64,000 nucleotides of DNA, taken from contig OZ025742.1 in the NCBI GenBank assembly GCA_964019335.1, positions 310,001 through 374,000 on the forward strand, given 5' to 3'. Below are positions 11,134 through 23,640 of the stretch, in pieces. The position numbers and the translations under genes were made by a program. Below the pieces are notes generated by a model that saw nothing but the letters and a program-made list of their open reading frames with translations, was not told where the DNA came from and did no database searches. Source of the DNA: Diplonema japonicum. Lineage: Eukaryota; Protista; Euglenozoa: Diplonemea. Every line of letters begins with the position of its first letter. Position 1 is the stretch's first letter.

Positions 11134-13053
11134 ATGTTCAAAGAAATCCTGGTGAACCTGCTGGGGTACAAAGGATCATTTGTCACGACAGACCACATCC
11201 CGGGAGCATGGGGTCTTCATAAGGACCTTCACATCGACAAGGGCACCAGGCAGCTTGTTGAAGAACTATTGGTGTTGGGCCCGGTAGTGGAAGGCATCCG
11301 CACATTCTTGGAAGAGGTCGAGAAGGGAACCGCCGCAGGAGTGTCGGAAAAACTATACGCACATTCATTTTGCGAGGGAATTTCGGAAATAATCGGTGAA
11401 TACGAAAAATCTGTGGAAGAACTGTATTCTCAAGCAGAGGATGCGAACATGTCGTTGGGGCAGATAAAAAGCACTCTGACACCTTGGTTCGAGACCCTCC
11501 CTTCATTATCATCCCTAATCATTGAGGTCAAATCAAGACCTACACACATTCTGACCATTGTTGAGTCCGCTGTCCGTTTTGGAACTTCGCGACAATCCCA
11601 CCTCTCAATTCTAAAAAAGGTGAACACAGTACTGCTACGCCACATAGCCGAGTGGGTCATATGGGGCTCGCTGCCATCACAACCCGGGTTTTTCATCGAA
11701 ACAGGACCCGAGCTCGTACCCCTTTTCCAACCGTCCTTCATCCCAACACACTTGAGCAAAAAACTTTTAACGATAGGATCCTACGCAAAAAGAATACGGG
11801 TGAACGGATCAAGCCTACTCGCACAGGATTCATTTACTTTGTACTCTTGCATCACATCCTCGGAGGTACTTCGAGACGGGCCTTTGAACGTGTCGCTTCT
11901 TGAGGATTTAATCACACACACTGAACAGATTATCGGACATGATTTGTGGCGCACGGTGTACTTGGGGAAGGAAGGCTTGGAAACACAATTGAAGGGAATC
12001 GGCGAATTCCTCCTTTGCTTCAAAGGTGACTTCTGGCGGGATTTTGCTGTCGGCGCGGTTGACATCTTAGCAAGGCTGGGACTGCATGCTTTGGACACTC
12101 ATCTAGATGACAGACACGCTTTGAAGACCAAAGAAAAAATAGAAGGCTTGTTTGTCAAAATCGCCTCGAAACTAAAAGACCAAGAGTCGAGGGCTCTCGT
12201 CGAAAAAGTAACGTTTAAATACGTTCAGGACCAAACAACGCTGGGGAAGCTTTTGGAGCCCACGGCGATCCACGACAAGAACTCCGTGTCGGTGCGATTC
12301 TCAAACTATCTTCTAACCGCGACGAGAATGATGAAACTCACGTACTCCCTCCAGCCGCATCACTTAGACCTCTTTGGGGAAGCTGGAATGGAGCTTCTCC
12401 ACAACACCTTCAGCCACTCTTTATACCTTGTCTTCACAGAAGTTATGCTTTCGAACGTGTGGTCTTGTTGTATATCAGTTACAAAACAGCTTGAGAACGA
12501 AACGCGTCGCGGTGGAAAGGACGGAAGCTTTCGAACGAAAAACGATGCTAAAATACAAGCCGGGATCGACACGTTGAAACCATTGCTCTGTCTCAGGCGA
12601 AAAATGGGTTTTTTTATCGAGAATTTGAAGTTCTACGTGGTGACGGACGTGCTGCATGCGAGGTTTTCGCAGTTGGAACGGGAGCTTAAGGACAACGCGA
12701 GAACGTTTGAACAAGCAAAGCTTTTTATCAAACAGGCGCTTGATAAGGTGACGCGAGACGCTTTCTTGGCAGACCCGGGGAAGTCGAATCAAATGATTCT
12801 CTTGACAATTCGCAAGGCGGTTCGCTGCTGCCTCCAGTTGTGGTACATCGCGTACACCACACTTCGTGTTGACGACACCCTTCGGGCGGTGAGCCTCCTG
12901 GCCGGCTACGCCCCGCTGCTCGACGAGCTGTCTAATAGCTTCGATAGGCACGTGAGCGACTTATACGAGGTACTGAAAGGCAGCGCACAAAGCACCACCT
13001 ACCGTCAGCTTTTGACAAGATTGAACTTTAATAAATTCTACAGTAGTCAGTGA
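11134..13053 (+). CDS. GCP4: Gamma-tubulin complex component, GCP4-like (Spc97/Spc98 family)
   Basis: N-terminus MFKEILVNLLGYKG, internal FLLCFKGDF, C-terminus LLTRLNFNKFY. Confidence 0.85.
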   Translation: MFKEILVNLLGYKGSFVTTDHIPGAWGLHKDLHIDKGTRQLVEELLVLGPVVEGIRTFLEEVEKGTAAGVSEKLYAHSFCEGISEIIGEYEKSVEELYSQAEDANMSLGQIKSTLTPWFETLPSLSSLIIEVKSRPTHILTIVESAVRFGTSRQSHLSILKKVNTVLLRHIAEWVIWGSLPSQPGFFIETGPELVPLFQPSFIPTHLSKKLLTIGSYAKRIRVNGSSLLAQDSFTLYSCITSSEVLRDGPLNVSLLEDLITHTEQIIGHDLWRTVYLGKEGLETQLKGIGEFLLCFKGDFWRDFAVGAVDILARLGLHALDTHLDDRHALKTKEKIEGLFVKIASKLKDQESRALVEKVTFKYVQDQTTLGKLLEPTAIHDKNSVSVRFSNYLLTATRMMKLTYSLQPHHLDLFGEAGMELLHNTFSHSLYLVFTEVMLSNVWSCCISVTKQLENETRRGGKDGSFRTKNDAKIQAGIDTLKPLLCLRRKMGFFIENLKFYVVTDVLHARFSQLERELKDNARTFEQAKLFIKQALDKVTRDAFLADPGKSNQMILLTIRKAVRCCLQLWYIAYTTLRVDDTLRAVSLLAGYAPLLDELSNSFDRHVSDLYEVLKGSAQSTTYRQLLTRLNFNKFYSSQ

Positions 13054-13295
13054 ATGGGGGATGGGGGTAGATATATTTTTATTATTATTATTTTTTTTTT
13101 TTTGGTAGATTTTTTTTGTTTTTTTTTTGTTTTTTCCCCCCTCCCCCACAATGCCCACTTTTTTTTTTTTTTTTTTTTTTAGATTTCATGATTCTTTTTT
13201 TTTTTTTTCGTTTCAACAAGAAGAAGAAAAATTTAAAAAAAAGGGGGGGGGGAAAGGACACGCCCTGCAAAAGAAAATATAAAAAAAAAAAAAAA

Positions 13296-13636
13296 ATGTA
13301 CGATATCAGCGACAGAGAAGCCAAAGAGTTAGAACAAGCACTATGTGCACTGGAGCAAACCGTCACGGCGGATAAATTTCAGGCATGGAAGAAGAAGAAG
13401 AAAAGAAAGAAAGAAAAAAAAGAAAATTGTGATAATAATAATAAACACAGAAAGTTCGAGAAGATTTCATGGCCCGAAACTGTTGCCACTTTACGGTAGA
13501 TGACGAGAACAAACTGTGCTACACTGAAATACACATGGAGTTCTTGAAAATTATAGAATCGTATATTTGTGAAGAGCTAACGGGTAAAGGGGTAAATATT
13601 GAGGTATAAAAAATAGGAGGGGAAGGGGGGAATCTT

Positions 13637-13684
<48 letters not shown>

Positions 13685-13920
13685 ACAGCGCTTGTTTAAA
13701 GGATTATCTTTAGAAGCTAATGACCGCCAACTCGATTTTGGTGCTTCCCTTGATATTGTGGTATGTGGCGGAAAAAAAAAAAGAAAAAAAAAAAAAAAAA
13801 CAGGATTCGTTGACTGATTTCAACAGTTTCAAAGAGATGATGCTCCGGGCGAAAAATCAATTCTCTGGCCGCCGTAAAGCTGTCGCCGACGGGGTGGAGG
13901 AGCCAAAGAAAAAAAACTAA
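13296..13920 (+). CDS. ARL2BP: ARL2-binding protein / BART-domain protein; exons 13296-13382, 13451-13603, 13689-13760, 13804-13920 (missed by the ORF track)
   Basis: Spliced product FQ|KVREDFMARNCCHFTVDDENKLCYTEIH...SLTDFNSFKEMML; all three introns phase 0, the first GC-AG. Confidence 0.88.
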
Positions 13921-15819
13921 AACTAAAAATAAAAATAAAAAGAAAAAGAAGAAAATTGGAGGCGAGAATTATTTAAAACCGCCGATGTCCCTCCTGTCTA
14001 GAAAAACTTCTTAACTTAGGTTCAGATATTTTGCTTTGTTTTGCAATGCCTTTCGGGTTTGTTTATCTATTCTCTCTTCCACCCACCCCCTTTTTTTTGC
14101 TCTTTCCTTCTTTCTTTCCCCCCCTTTTTTTAAACCCTTTCCCAAAGGACTTCAGCAGTAACTGAGGTTCGTTAGGGGAAAGGGAAAAAAAAAAAATAAC
14201 AAAGCGAGAGAAGGAGAAAAAAAAATATTCCCCTCTTTTTTTTTTGTTATGTACGCCAGTTTTTTTTTTTCCCTTCCTGTAACCTGCCCCCTCATTTTTT
14301 TTTTTTTGAACGAATATGAGGTGGAAAAAGCGAAACAAACCCCGGAAAAAAAAGAATAAGAAAAAAAAAGAGGAAGGTTTCAAGGAAACAATCAAAACAA
14401 CGAAGAAAGAAACGAGAAAAAAAAAAGAAAAAAAAATATTCAGTTCATTCATTCAAAATTTCATTTCTAATAAGACGAGAATTGAAACTGAAAAAAAAAA
14501 AAAAAAAAAAAAGAAAGAAAGAAAGAAAAAGAAAACATTGTTATTGTAATTTTTTATCAGCAGAAAAAAAAAAGTTGTTGGGCCAGCGGTATGCCTTACA
14601 AATGAAATCTCTTTCTCTTTAACCCCCCCCCCCCCTGCCAACAATCTTTCCCCTTTTTATGAGTATTGTGCTCTTGTGTGCACAAATAAAAAAGTACCCT
14701 CTTTTTTTTTTTTTTTTTTTCCAAATCTAAACTGGTCAGGAAGAGAGAACTCGAAGAACAAGGGTAAAGTGAGTTTAAAAAAAAAAAACTTCTTTTTTTT
14801 TAATTGCCTTTCCCAACAGGCCATATTTTTCTTCTTCCCTTTTTTTTTGTTTTAACATTATTGTCGAGACTAAAAACTAGTTGATGGCAGCGTAATGAGC
14901 TATTTTATTAGGTAAAATTCCGCTCGTGCGCACAAACAAATGGAGCGCCAAACTAGTTTTTTTTTCCCCACTACCTTCCTCTTAACCTACTAGTGCCACC
15001 GATGCACTTCTTTGATTGAAGGAAAACAGGAAGAAAAAAAAAAGAGAAAAAAAAAAAAGAAGGAAAAAATAAAAAAAAGTCAAACAACTATAGATGAATT
15101 CTTTTTCTCCCCCAAAGGCAAATAAAGAAAGTTCACCCCCCCCCCCCCCCCATATTTGCCCGTGTTATAAAATAATTAGCATCGGCCATGTGTTCAAGGG
15201 GGGGTGGTGGTGAGTTATGCGCAATACAAGGGGGGCTCCTCCCTATATAACGGGGCAGACCTAGCAAAATTCATCAGGGCTGGACCAAGTAGTACGGGGA
15301 GGGGAAGTAAAGTGAACTGGACGTAAAAAGCAAAAAAAAAAGAAAAAAAATAAGGAAGAAATAGGGAACCTCTTTCCCTTGCAAACTCTTTTTTTTTAAT
15401 GTTTCCCTTTGTTCTTGGGGGGGGGGGGGGGGGGGAGCAGAAAGTCCCCCCCCCCCGTGCCTGACTGTCTATCAGTCTACTTACTATGCGAGGAAGAATC
15501 TATGATCATTTTGTTATAAAGAAGAAGAAAAAAAAGAGAAATAAAAGAGAGGAGAGGAAGGAAGGAGGAAAAAGCATTATGCTTTGGCCAAGGGGGGGGG
15601 GGTGTTAGGATTTTTAAGATTTCTTTTTGAGTAGAAGAAAAAAAGCCTTTTGTTGTCACAAGCAACATTGACTTTAACCTACTCCCTTTCTTTTTTTTTT
15701 TGTTTTTGTTTTTCTTAGAACTTAGCCCTTAAACAACGAGCCAACGCACTACTAGAAACCCTCCCTTTCTCAACTTTGTTGGAATTGCCCCCTTTCTTTT
15801 TTTTTTTTCTTTCTTTCTT

Positions 15820-15863
<44 letters not shown>

Positions 15864-15959
15864 GAAAGAGAGTCGATTTCAGCACTTTGTTTGTGCAAAC
15901 CCTGAGATTCACTATTTGTTCGTTTTTTTTGACTGGGGACGTCAAGGGAGAGTTTTAAT

Positions 15960-18900
15960 CCGAGCTACCTGGGGCGAGGGAGCCTGGGCGAGCCGACTCT
16001 CAAACGCATAACAGCGCCTGCTACAGCGCACAGCGTGGGTGCGGTCTCAAAGAGATATCTAGCGCTCGAGAAAATCCGCGTGGGTTGTGCTGCTGTAGTC
16101 AGACGGCTGAAGCCTATATGTGGAGCCCCCCCGCATGAGATCTGTAGGGGATGGGACAACGCGGTGCGACGTGCAGTGAACCAGCGTGTCATCCCTGAGA
16201 GCGCGGCGCCGACGGTTGATATGGCCAAGGACGCTGCGGAGCTGCAGGCGAAGGTGCTCCAAGTGCAGAGAACAATGGACCTCGCTAGCAAAGTATCGCG
16301 GGGTGCTAAGCACAAGAGAGAGATGGAGTACCACTTCGCGAAGCATCGCCAAACCATAGCGGGACTAGTGCAGGGAAAACAGTCGAGAGAGCTGCTGGCG
16401 GTCCGGACGGCTGACGGGAGGCTCAGCACCAATCTGGGCGAGATCGACCGCGCGTTCAGGGAGGCATGGAGTCCTGTGTTCCAGATGTACAAAGACAGGC
16501 CAGAACCAACAGCGGAAGAGTTCGTGAGATCCTTCGGGGGGTATATCCCGTACTGCTCGATGTCCACCACGGAGCTCACCTCTGCGCAGCTTCGGAAGGT
16601 CCTCAACAAGAAACAGCGGCAGCATTGTGCAGGGGTAGACGGATGGAGGCTGAGTGAGCTAGCGCACCTACCCTCAGAACTCCTCGATGGCTTCCTGTTC
16701 CTCTTTGACTGGATTGAGACGACCGGCGTGTGGCCACAAGCGATCCTGACTGCCTTGATCACGATGATCCCGAAGTCTGAGTCGGAAGAGCCCTTAGACC
16801 ATCGCCCGATCACGGTCTCCAGTGCCTTCTACCGCCTATGGGCATGTGCCAGGCTCCCCGCTATTCTCGAGTGGCAGGAACGTTGGATCACCCCGACGCA
16901 GCACGGCTTTAGACCAAAACACGGCGTCGATGACCTACTCTTCAAAGTGTGTGCGCAGGTGGAAAATGCTCGACAGGGGGCAGAGCCCCTGTATGGCCTG
17001 TCGGTAGACTTCAGGAAGTGTTTCGACTCCGTCCCTGTCACGTTGACGTTCGACCTTGCGGAGAGACTGGGCATGTCCGAGAATATCCTAAGGCCGCTGA
17101 GATCCATGTACGCCAACCTCGACCGGCGTTTGCGCTTCCAGGCGGGGGTAGGGGAAGTGTTTCGCACCACAAACGGAATCCTCCAGGGCTGCCCTATCTC
17201 ACCCGTCTTCATCAACGCCATCCTCGCTGCCTACACCAGGCGATGCGTCACCACATTCCCTGAAGTCCTACCCATCTCCTACGCGGACGACCTATACCTC
17301 TTCTCTAGGATCTCGGAGAAGGCGGTCCAGAGTTCCATACTCTTGCTGGACGAGCTCTGCCGCTTGACGAACATGTCGGTACACCCGGGGAAAACTAAGG
17401 CCTTTAGCACCAAGAAGGGGTACAGAAGCAGGCTGGCGATGAGGGGCACCTTATTCGATACGGTGAAAAGCGTAACTATGTTGGGGTGTACGGTGTGCCT
17501 GCAGCCCACCAGGACGAAGAACACAAGGATCGCCACGGCGCTGGATGCTGTCGACAGGCTCACAGTGACCCAAATCACGAGAACGCGTAAGGCCCAACTG
17601 ATAGAAGACTGCATCCTACCTGCGGCGCTCTACGGAGTGCTCTACACACCACCCACGGACTCGCTCTTGGACTCCCTCAGGAAGAAGATTACCTCTTGCA
17701 TATGGGGCCCACACAACCCAACACGCTCGTCAGGCGCCCTCCTCGGGGTGGCTTTCAAAGGACACAGGCTGGACCCGTACTCAGCAGCCGCATACCGCAG
17801 GATCACAACGTTTGCGCGGATGATGAGGAGCGACGGTGAGTCCAGTTCACTCGTCAGGGCGTGCAGAGACGGCTACAAGGAGGCCGCCCGGAACGGAAAC
17901 CCCCTCGCCCCGCGCGGGATACTCGGACAGACCCACGAGCTGCTGGAGGAACTAGGGTCCAGCTGGGCGCATTTCGCGCGGCAATGGGTCCCCCTAGAGC
18001 CTGGGGCACTGAAGCATGAGGTCAGGAAGCTCCTGAAGGTCCACCTGCGAGCGAACCTCGTGGAGAGCAGACCCTCCTTTCAGGGGACGGGCGACATCGA
18101 CGAAGTGGCAACCAACGGGCTACACCTGCACCTGGCGAACCGCAACCCTCCCAAAGCACGAAGGGTCCTGCAAGTGATAACTGGGGCTGTTTTCCCGTTC
18201 CACCCCAAGATTATCAACGACACGGTCGGGGGGCGGACGAAATGCATGGGCTGCGACGCTACTTTCGACATTTCGGAACACACGGCGAGACTCCTGGAGC
18301 ACACCCTCTGGGACTGTCAGGCGCACGAGCACATCAGGACAGCTTCCGAGACGCGGGCAGCGCTGTGCACACAACGTAACCAGTGGCCCCGGTGCACGCA
18401 ACTGCACGGCATCGCGACAGTGGGACTCGGGCTGGACACTGCCGAGTTGCAGCTGATGATGGCGGAGATCACTGGTAGCTTACAACTCACCTTTGCACGG
18501 AAAAAGACGATGGACTTCAGCGTTCACCTGTGGAACAGGCCTTTCGAGAAGGGGAGTTTGCTCAAGCCACGGTCACTGAGGTGGTACTACGACAATGGTT
18601 TGAGGCAACAGTGCCTCCCACGGCTCATCCCGCACGTCATCCGATGGCTCTCTGCCCTTCACTGGGGCACGACAGGTGGACAGGTCTCCAGGCTTGAGCT
18701 GGCCATAGACTTCATTGCCACGGTGGGACTCTCACCTTGTGAAGAGGGTGAGGACATCCAAGTGAGCGCGCGTGTAATAGGCCGGGTGATAACGGCACTA
18801 GAACGCATCCACACCAGTAAGGGCATAGCGCCCCTCATCCCAGCTGCGTCAGTAGTTTCTGTCCACTCCCTGCGCACGTTGGGTTACTACAACAGCTCCG

Positions 18901-19162
18901 TAAGGGGCTACTCCTCTAGACCGGTATTCGCCTCCCCGGTGACCCGCCACATCCTTGAGAAACAACTGTACAACTATTGTGTCCTTACCAACTCGGTTGA
19001 GGGTTTTATACCTAAGGTACCGAGGAGGGTGAACGAGGGGCCGAAGGCCACACCACAGCAGAAAGGTTCGATCAAGAGATAGATTGAGACTCTTCAGGCG
19101 TCCTGCCACATACCGCAGGTACCCTTAAATGTCTCTTTTTTTTTTTTTTTTTTTTTTTTTTT
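15960..19162 (+). mobile_element. 5'-truncated non-LTR retrotransposon (RT ORF 16035-19082, CCHC-like knuckle) ending in a stem-loop and poly(T)
   Basis: MIPK..RPITV..YRLWA, QHGFR, VDFRKCFD, GILQGCPISP, SYADDL; CMGC..EHTLWDC; short 3' UTR closed by GAGAC/GTCTC. Confidence 0.92.
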
Positions 19163-19311
19163 CCTCTATGATATGAAGCTGAGCAGGAAAAAGAGGAAAT
19201 GTGTTTCAGCCCTTCAGAAAGTAACTTTATTAACGCCTCCAAGAGGGGAGGTTGAGCGGGAAAATCAATGTCCAATTTTGCTTTCTTTGATCACTCGGAT
19301 TTGAGAGGCAT

Positions 19312-19344
<33 letters not shown>

Positions 19345-19865
19345 TTTCTCTTCTTGATTTACCTATTTTATCATCCCCCCCCCCTCACTCCCTTCCCAAT
19401 AAAACCAATAGAACGGCTGTAGGCAAAGTAAACGGTGAGGGGCGGGGAGGTGAGCACACATTCTTTTTTGCCCCCCCTTCTATTTTCCAGTCCCAGTTTT
19501 TTCCAACAGTAGCCGTGGTCAGCGCTCTGACCTTGAGGCCCGAGTAGCATTTTGAGAGGTAAAAGTGCATTAGAGGGAGAAAAAAAAAACGGGGGGGGGG
19601 AAAAAGAAAAACTTCCCGAACTCGGGTTATTAATTTTTTTGTTCCCCCCTCTCCCCTTCAAAAAAAAAATCCCTATCCCCCCTCTCCCCTTCTCCCCTTC
19701 CCCCCCCTTTTTTTGTTGTCCGGTGCATCGTTATTTTTCTTCCTTTCTTATGTCTTTTCAGTTCAACCCTTTTCATATTTTTATTTTTTATAAAAAAAAA
19801 ACCCCCCGGGGGGGGGGGGGGGAAGAAAATTCTCAAAGAAAAAAAGGGGAAAAAAAAAAAAAACC

Positions 19866-21116
19866 ATGAAGATAAGTCAAAAAGCGCGAGTTGCGACCAT
19901 GCGGCGGTGGTGCACAAGCACGACTACAACGACCGCCTCCACCACAACCTCATCAGGAGAAGAATCACCGAAAGGCCCGTTTGACTATATTAAGTCGGAC
20001 CTCGAGTCCATTGCTGACCACATCAACCAGCTTGTCAAACAGAAGGACAACAAGATCCTCGACCACGCCGCAGGGTACCTCCTCCAGCACAAGGGGAAGA
20101 TGCTGCGACCGGCAATAGTGGCGTTAAGCGGTTACGCAGCGATGCCCGGTGAAGAGAGGCTGTGCAGGGAACTGCACGGCGGTATGGCCATGCTGGAAAT
20201 GATGAAACAAGAAAAAAGAGACCTCAGCGATTTGACAAGTCATCCCTTCAACCGCCACCTCCGCTTGGCCGAGATCACCGAGCTTGTCCACACCGCATCC
20301 CTTATCCACGATGATGTTCTGGATGAGTCACCCACACGTCGGGGGCAGGCTTCCCTACACTCTGTGGTTGGGATCAAGGTGGCTGTGCTCACTGGGGACT
20401 ATTTGCTGGCACGGGCATCTCACTGGTTGGCAACGTTAGGCGACAATCGTGTTGTGTTGAATCTTTCCCAAGCGCTGGAAGATCTGACCGTTGGTGAGGT
20501 GATGCAGATGGAGGGTGCCAACGACATCCCCACTTACCTTAAAAAATCATTCAATAAAACTTCGTCTCTCATCGCGCATAGTTGCCGGGGTGCGGCTATT
20601 CTCTCCGACCCAGCCAACCTCCCGGTTCACGATGCTATTTTCGCGTACGGGAAGCACCTCGGGCTCGCTTTCCAGATCATCGATGATATTCTCGATTTCA
20701 CCTCCACCGACTCCGAGATGGGGAAACCTGCTTTTGCCGACCTCAAGGCGGGGGTTGTAACGCTTCCGGTACTGAGTTTTTTTTTTTTTTTTTTTTTTAA
20801 AGATTTTTTTTTTTTTTTTTTTTAGGTGCTTCTTTCTGCGGAACGCGACGCGAAAATGAAAACGCTTCTCGACAGGAAATTCTGCCTTGACGACGACATC
20901 GATACCGCAATGGAGATTATCCAACAATCTGAAGTGCTTGAGGAATCGAAGGCCAAGGCGGAGGAGGAGATCAGATTGGCGATTGAGGCGCTTCAGGTTT
21001 GAGGGAAAAAAAAAAAGAAAAAAAAAAGAAAAAACCCTAACTAGGTCATCCCCGACACCTGCGCCAAAGAATCTATGATAAAATTGACCGACCTTGTGCT
21101 GAGCAGGCGGAAGTAA
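19866..21116 (+). CDS. Long-chain trans-polyprenyl (solanesyl/decaprenyl) diphosphate synthase, COQ1/PDSS1-like; exons 19866-20768, 20826-20996, 21045-21116
   Basis: GKMLRP, ELVHTASLIHDDVLD..RRG, GLAFQIIDDILD; two phase-0 GT-AG introns restore the C-terminus ..LVLSRRK*; presequence-like N-terminus. Confidence 0.93.
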
Positions 21117-21421
21117 GTGGAAAATGGGAAAGAAACCAATTCAGTGTTATGGGGTGGGAGGGGGGGGTTTTTTTTTCTCCTTCTTTTTTTTCTCTTTTTT
21201 TTTATTCAATGCTTTGTTGAGCATCATAGGTGCGTGTTCTGATACATCCCCCCCCTTCTTTTTTCTTTTCTTTTTTCCCCCCGGAGTGTTCTCCCCCCCC
21301 CCCCCCCCCCGCCCCTCCTTTTCCTTTTCTTTGGCTGCTGCCAGCATCACCCTATTCTCTTTTTCCATTATTCTTTTTTGTAGCCTAAAAAGAAAGAAAA
21401 AAAAAAAGAGAGAAAGAGGAA

Positions 21422-21542
21422 ATGGCGTTCGGAATACGTAAAGACGGGAGATCAACCGGATTGGGTTTCAGGTTGCGCTCATGGTTTACCAGAAGGGCGC
21501 TGCAACGGCATTTGTGGAAGTCACCCCAGCATACAGTATGCA

Positions 21543-21580
<38 letters not shown>

Positions 21581-22004
21581 AACCACTAAACCCGCATGTC
21601 ATAAAGAAAAAAAAAAATCCATGTCCTCTCGCGATTTCTTTCACCTTGTTTGGCTAAATGCTGCCCTTTTTCAGCATTATTTTAAGAATTTGAGAGCTAA
21701 AATCTAAAATTCGGGGAAAAGTGACAGTGAGGAATACCCGACTCCATCTTCAGGAGCCCGAAACACCGACAGGTATTAGAAACTCACTGATAGTCCACCA
21801 GACGCCAGAGAGGTGTGAACGCAAGCATATTTATTTTCCACTTTTTTTCTTCTCCCCCCCCCCCCCCCCCTTACCAAACAGGGAATTAGGTCAAAAATTA
21901 TAAGGTCAAAAGCCAGCTCAAGGCTTAAATGCTGCCATTTTTTATTTTTGAATTTTTTTGGAAAATTAACTTTTTCGGTTTTTGGCCTGCTGGCTTAGTG
22001 GTTA

Positions 22005-22046
<42 letters not shown>

Positions 22047-23640
22047 ACCTTTAGATTGGAATATTAGGTCTGTCTCGATCTGGGGCAGTGTGGGTAACAC
22101 GATTTACTTATGTAATGATGGCGTTCAGTATGTTCTCGGCTTTTGTTTTTACCAGCGGGCTTGATGAATATAATATTTTCACTCCTATCCACGTGAAATT
22201 AGCCGATTTGGGCATCATAATGCACTCGGATATTGCTGCTCTAAATAGAATAGGTGAGGTATGGTTGTCAACGGAAAGTTTAAAAAAAAGAAAAAAAAAA
22301 TAACTATTTATTGCCAACAAATTATGAGTCATTATTTAACGCGAGTTCCCGAATTTTTTGCACGAGGGCCCGCAGGGCCCGAGTGCAAAAAAACGGGTAA
22401 CGAGAGTTAAATAATGGCTCATTTGGCGGCAAGTAAGTCGTTTTATTTCACTCTTCGTCATTTGAGTCACTCACTCTTCACTGCTTTCACTGCTGTTTTT
22501 TTTTCACGCAGGTCAGCCTTTTTGGGGAGTTTCCTAAGGTAATATGGGGTTGCTATTTCGCCATGGCATTTAAAGGGGAAGTAAGGCACTTATTCCCACT
22601 TTTAAGGGCTGGAATGGCCTCAGATGGCCAAAAATAGTCAAAATACCCCCACCCCAAAAAAATTTTTCAAGGGGTTGGGTGCATTTTTTTCCACGGCGAG
22701 ACTCATTTTCCCACTCTGAAGGGCCATTATTTAACTGCAAAATCTCATTATTTAACTAGTTAAATAATGGCGATTTCGCGTTAAATAATGGCCGTTTCGC
22801 GTTAAATAATGGCCATTTCGCGTTAAATAATGAGGCCCCTAGTGAGTGAAGAAAATGACGAAGAGTGAAATAATAACTATTTATTGCCAACAAATAATGA
22901 GTCATTATTTAACTCGAGTTCCCGAATTTTTTGCACGAGGGCCCGCAGGGCCCGAGTGCAAAAAAACGGGTAACGAGTGTTAAATAATGGCTCATTTGGC
23001 GGCAAGTAAGTCGTTTTATTTCACTTTTCGTCATTTGAGTCACTCACTCTTCACTGCTTTCACTGCTGTTTTTTTTCACGCAGGTCAGCTTTTTGGGGAT
23101 TTTCCTAAGGTAATACAGGGTAGCTATTTCGCCGTGGCATTTAAAGGGGAAGTAAGGCACTTATTCCCACTTTTAAGGGCTGGAATGGCCTCAGATGGCC
23201 AAAAATAGTCAAAATACCCCCACCCCAAAAAAAATTTTCAAGGGGTTGGGTGCATTTTTTTCCACGACAAGACCCATTTTTTCACTCTGAAGGGCCATTA
23301 TTTAACTGCAAAATCTCATTATTTAACTAGTTAAATAATGGCGATTTCGCGTTAAATAATGGCCGTTTCGCGTTAAATAATGGCCATTTCGCGTTAAATA
23401 ATGAGGCCCCTAGTGAGTGAAGAAAATGACGAAGAGTGAAATAAAAAAAAAAAAAAAAAAAAAAAACTCCCCCCACAGGGGAGTGGTATAAATCGTGGAC
23501 GACTGTCGGACAATATTCAAGATTATCACGCAGCGAGCGGGACGGAAATCAACCGGTTGAGTTATGAACACTTCGGCAAGCAGGGTTCGACCGCATTCGC
23601 CCCGAAATTGCAAGATAAGGTCTCTGCTCCGAGGGAGTGA
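21422..23640 (+). CDS. Small 159-aa single-TM hypothetical protein; exons 21422-21535, 22055-22258, 23479-23640
   Basis: Exons of 114, 204 and 162 nt join in phase 0 via GTATGC..TTAG and GTATGG..ACAG; Arg-rich N-terminus, one hydrophobic segment. Confidence 0.75.
21583..22001. mobile_element. piggyBac-like MITE inside intron 1 of the 21422 gene
   Basis: TIRs CCACTAAACCCGCA / TGCTGGCTTAGTGG (12/14); flanks TTAA and TTAC; internal direct repeat GGCT(T)AAATGCTGCC. Confidence 0.65.
22301..23444. mobile_element. Head-to-tail dimer (22301-22873, 22874-23444) of a non-autonomous element with Helentron/HINE-like architecture, inside intron 2 of the 21422 gene
   Basis: Two ~572-bp near-identical units, each with a ~95-nt hairpin, a 21-bp inverted repeat pair with one arm terminal, and three 21-bp tandem repeats; A-tract flanks. 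Confidence 0.75.

Noticed and set aside
15270-15280. CTGATGA hammerhead core on the minus strand
   Set aside because: No matching GAAA or closing stems
15155-15460. RNase MRP-like motifs: AGTTATG..AATACAAGGGGGGCT (15213-15237) and GAAAGTCCCC (15440-15449), plus a stem 15155/15259
   Set aside because: The motifs are in the wrong order, there is no GARAR loop, and G/C runs are common here; an Rfam cmsearch would be needed to revive it
15461-15479. TGACTG..TATCAGTCTA resembling the family B stem on the minus strand
   Set aside because: Short match; the other family B blocks are missing
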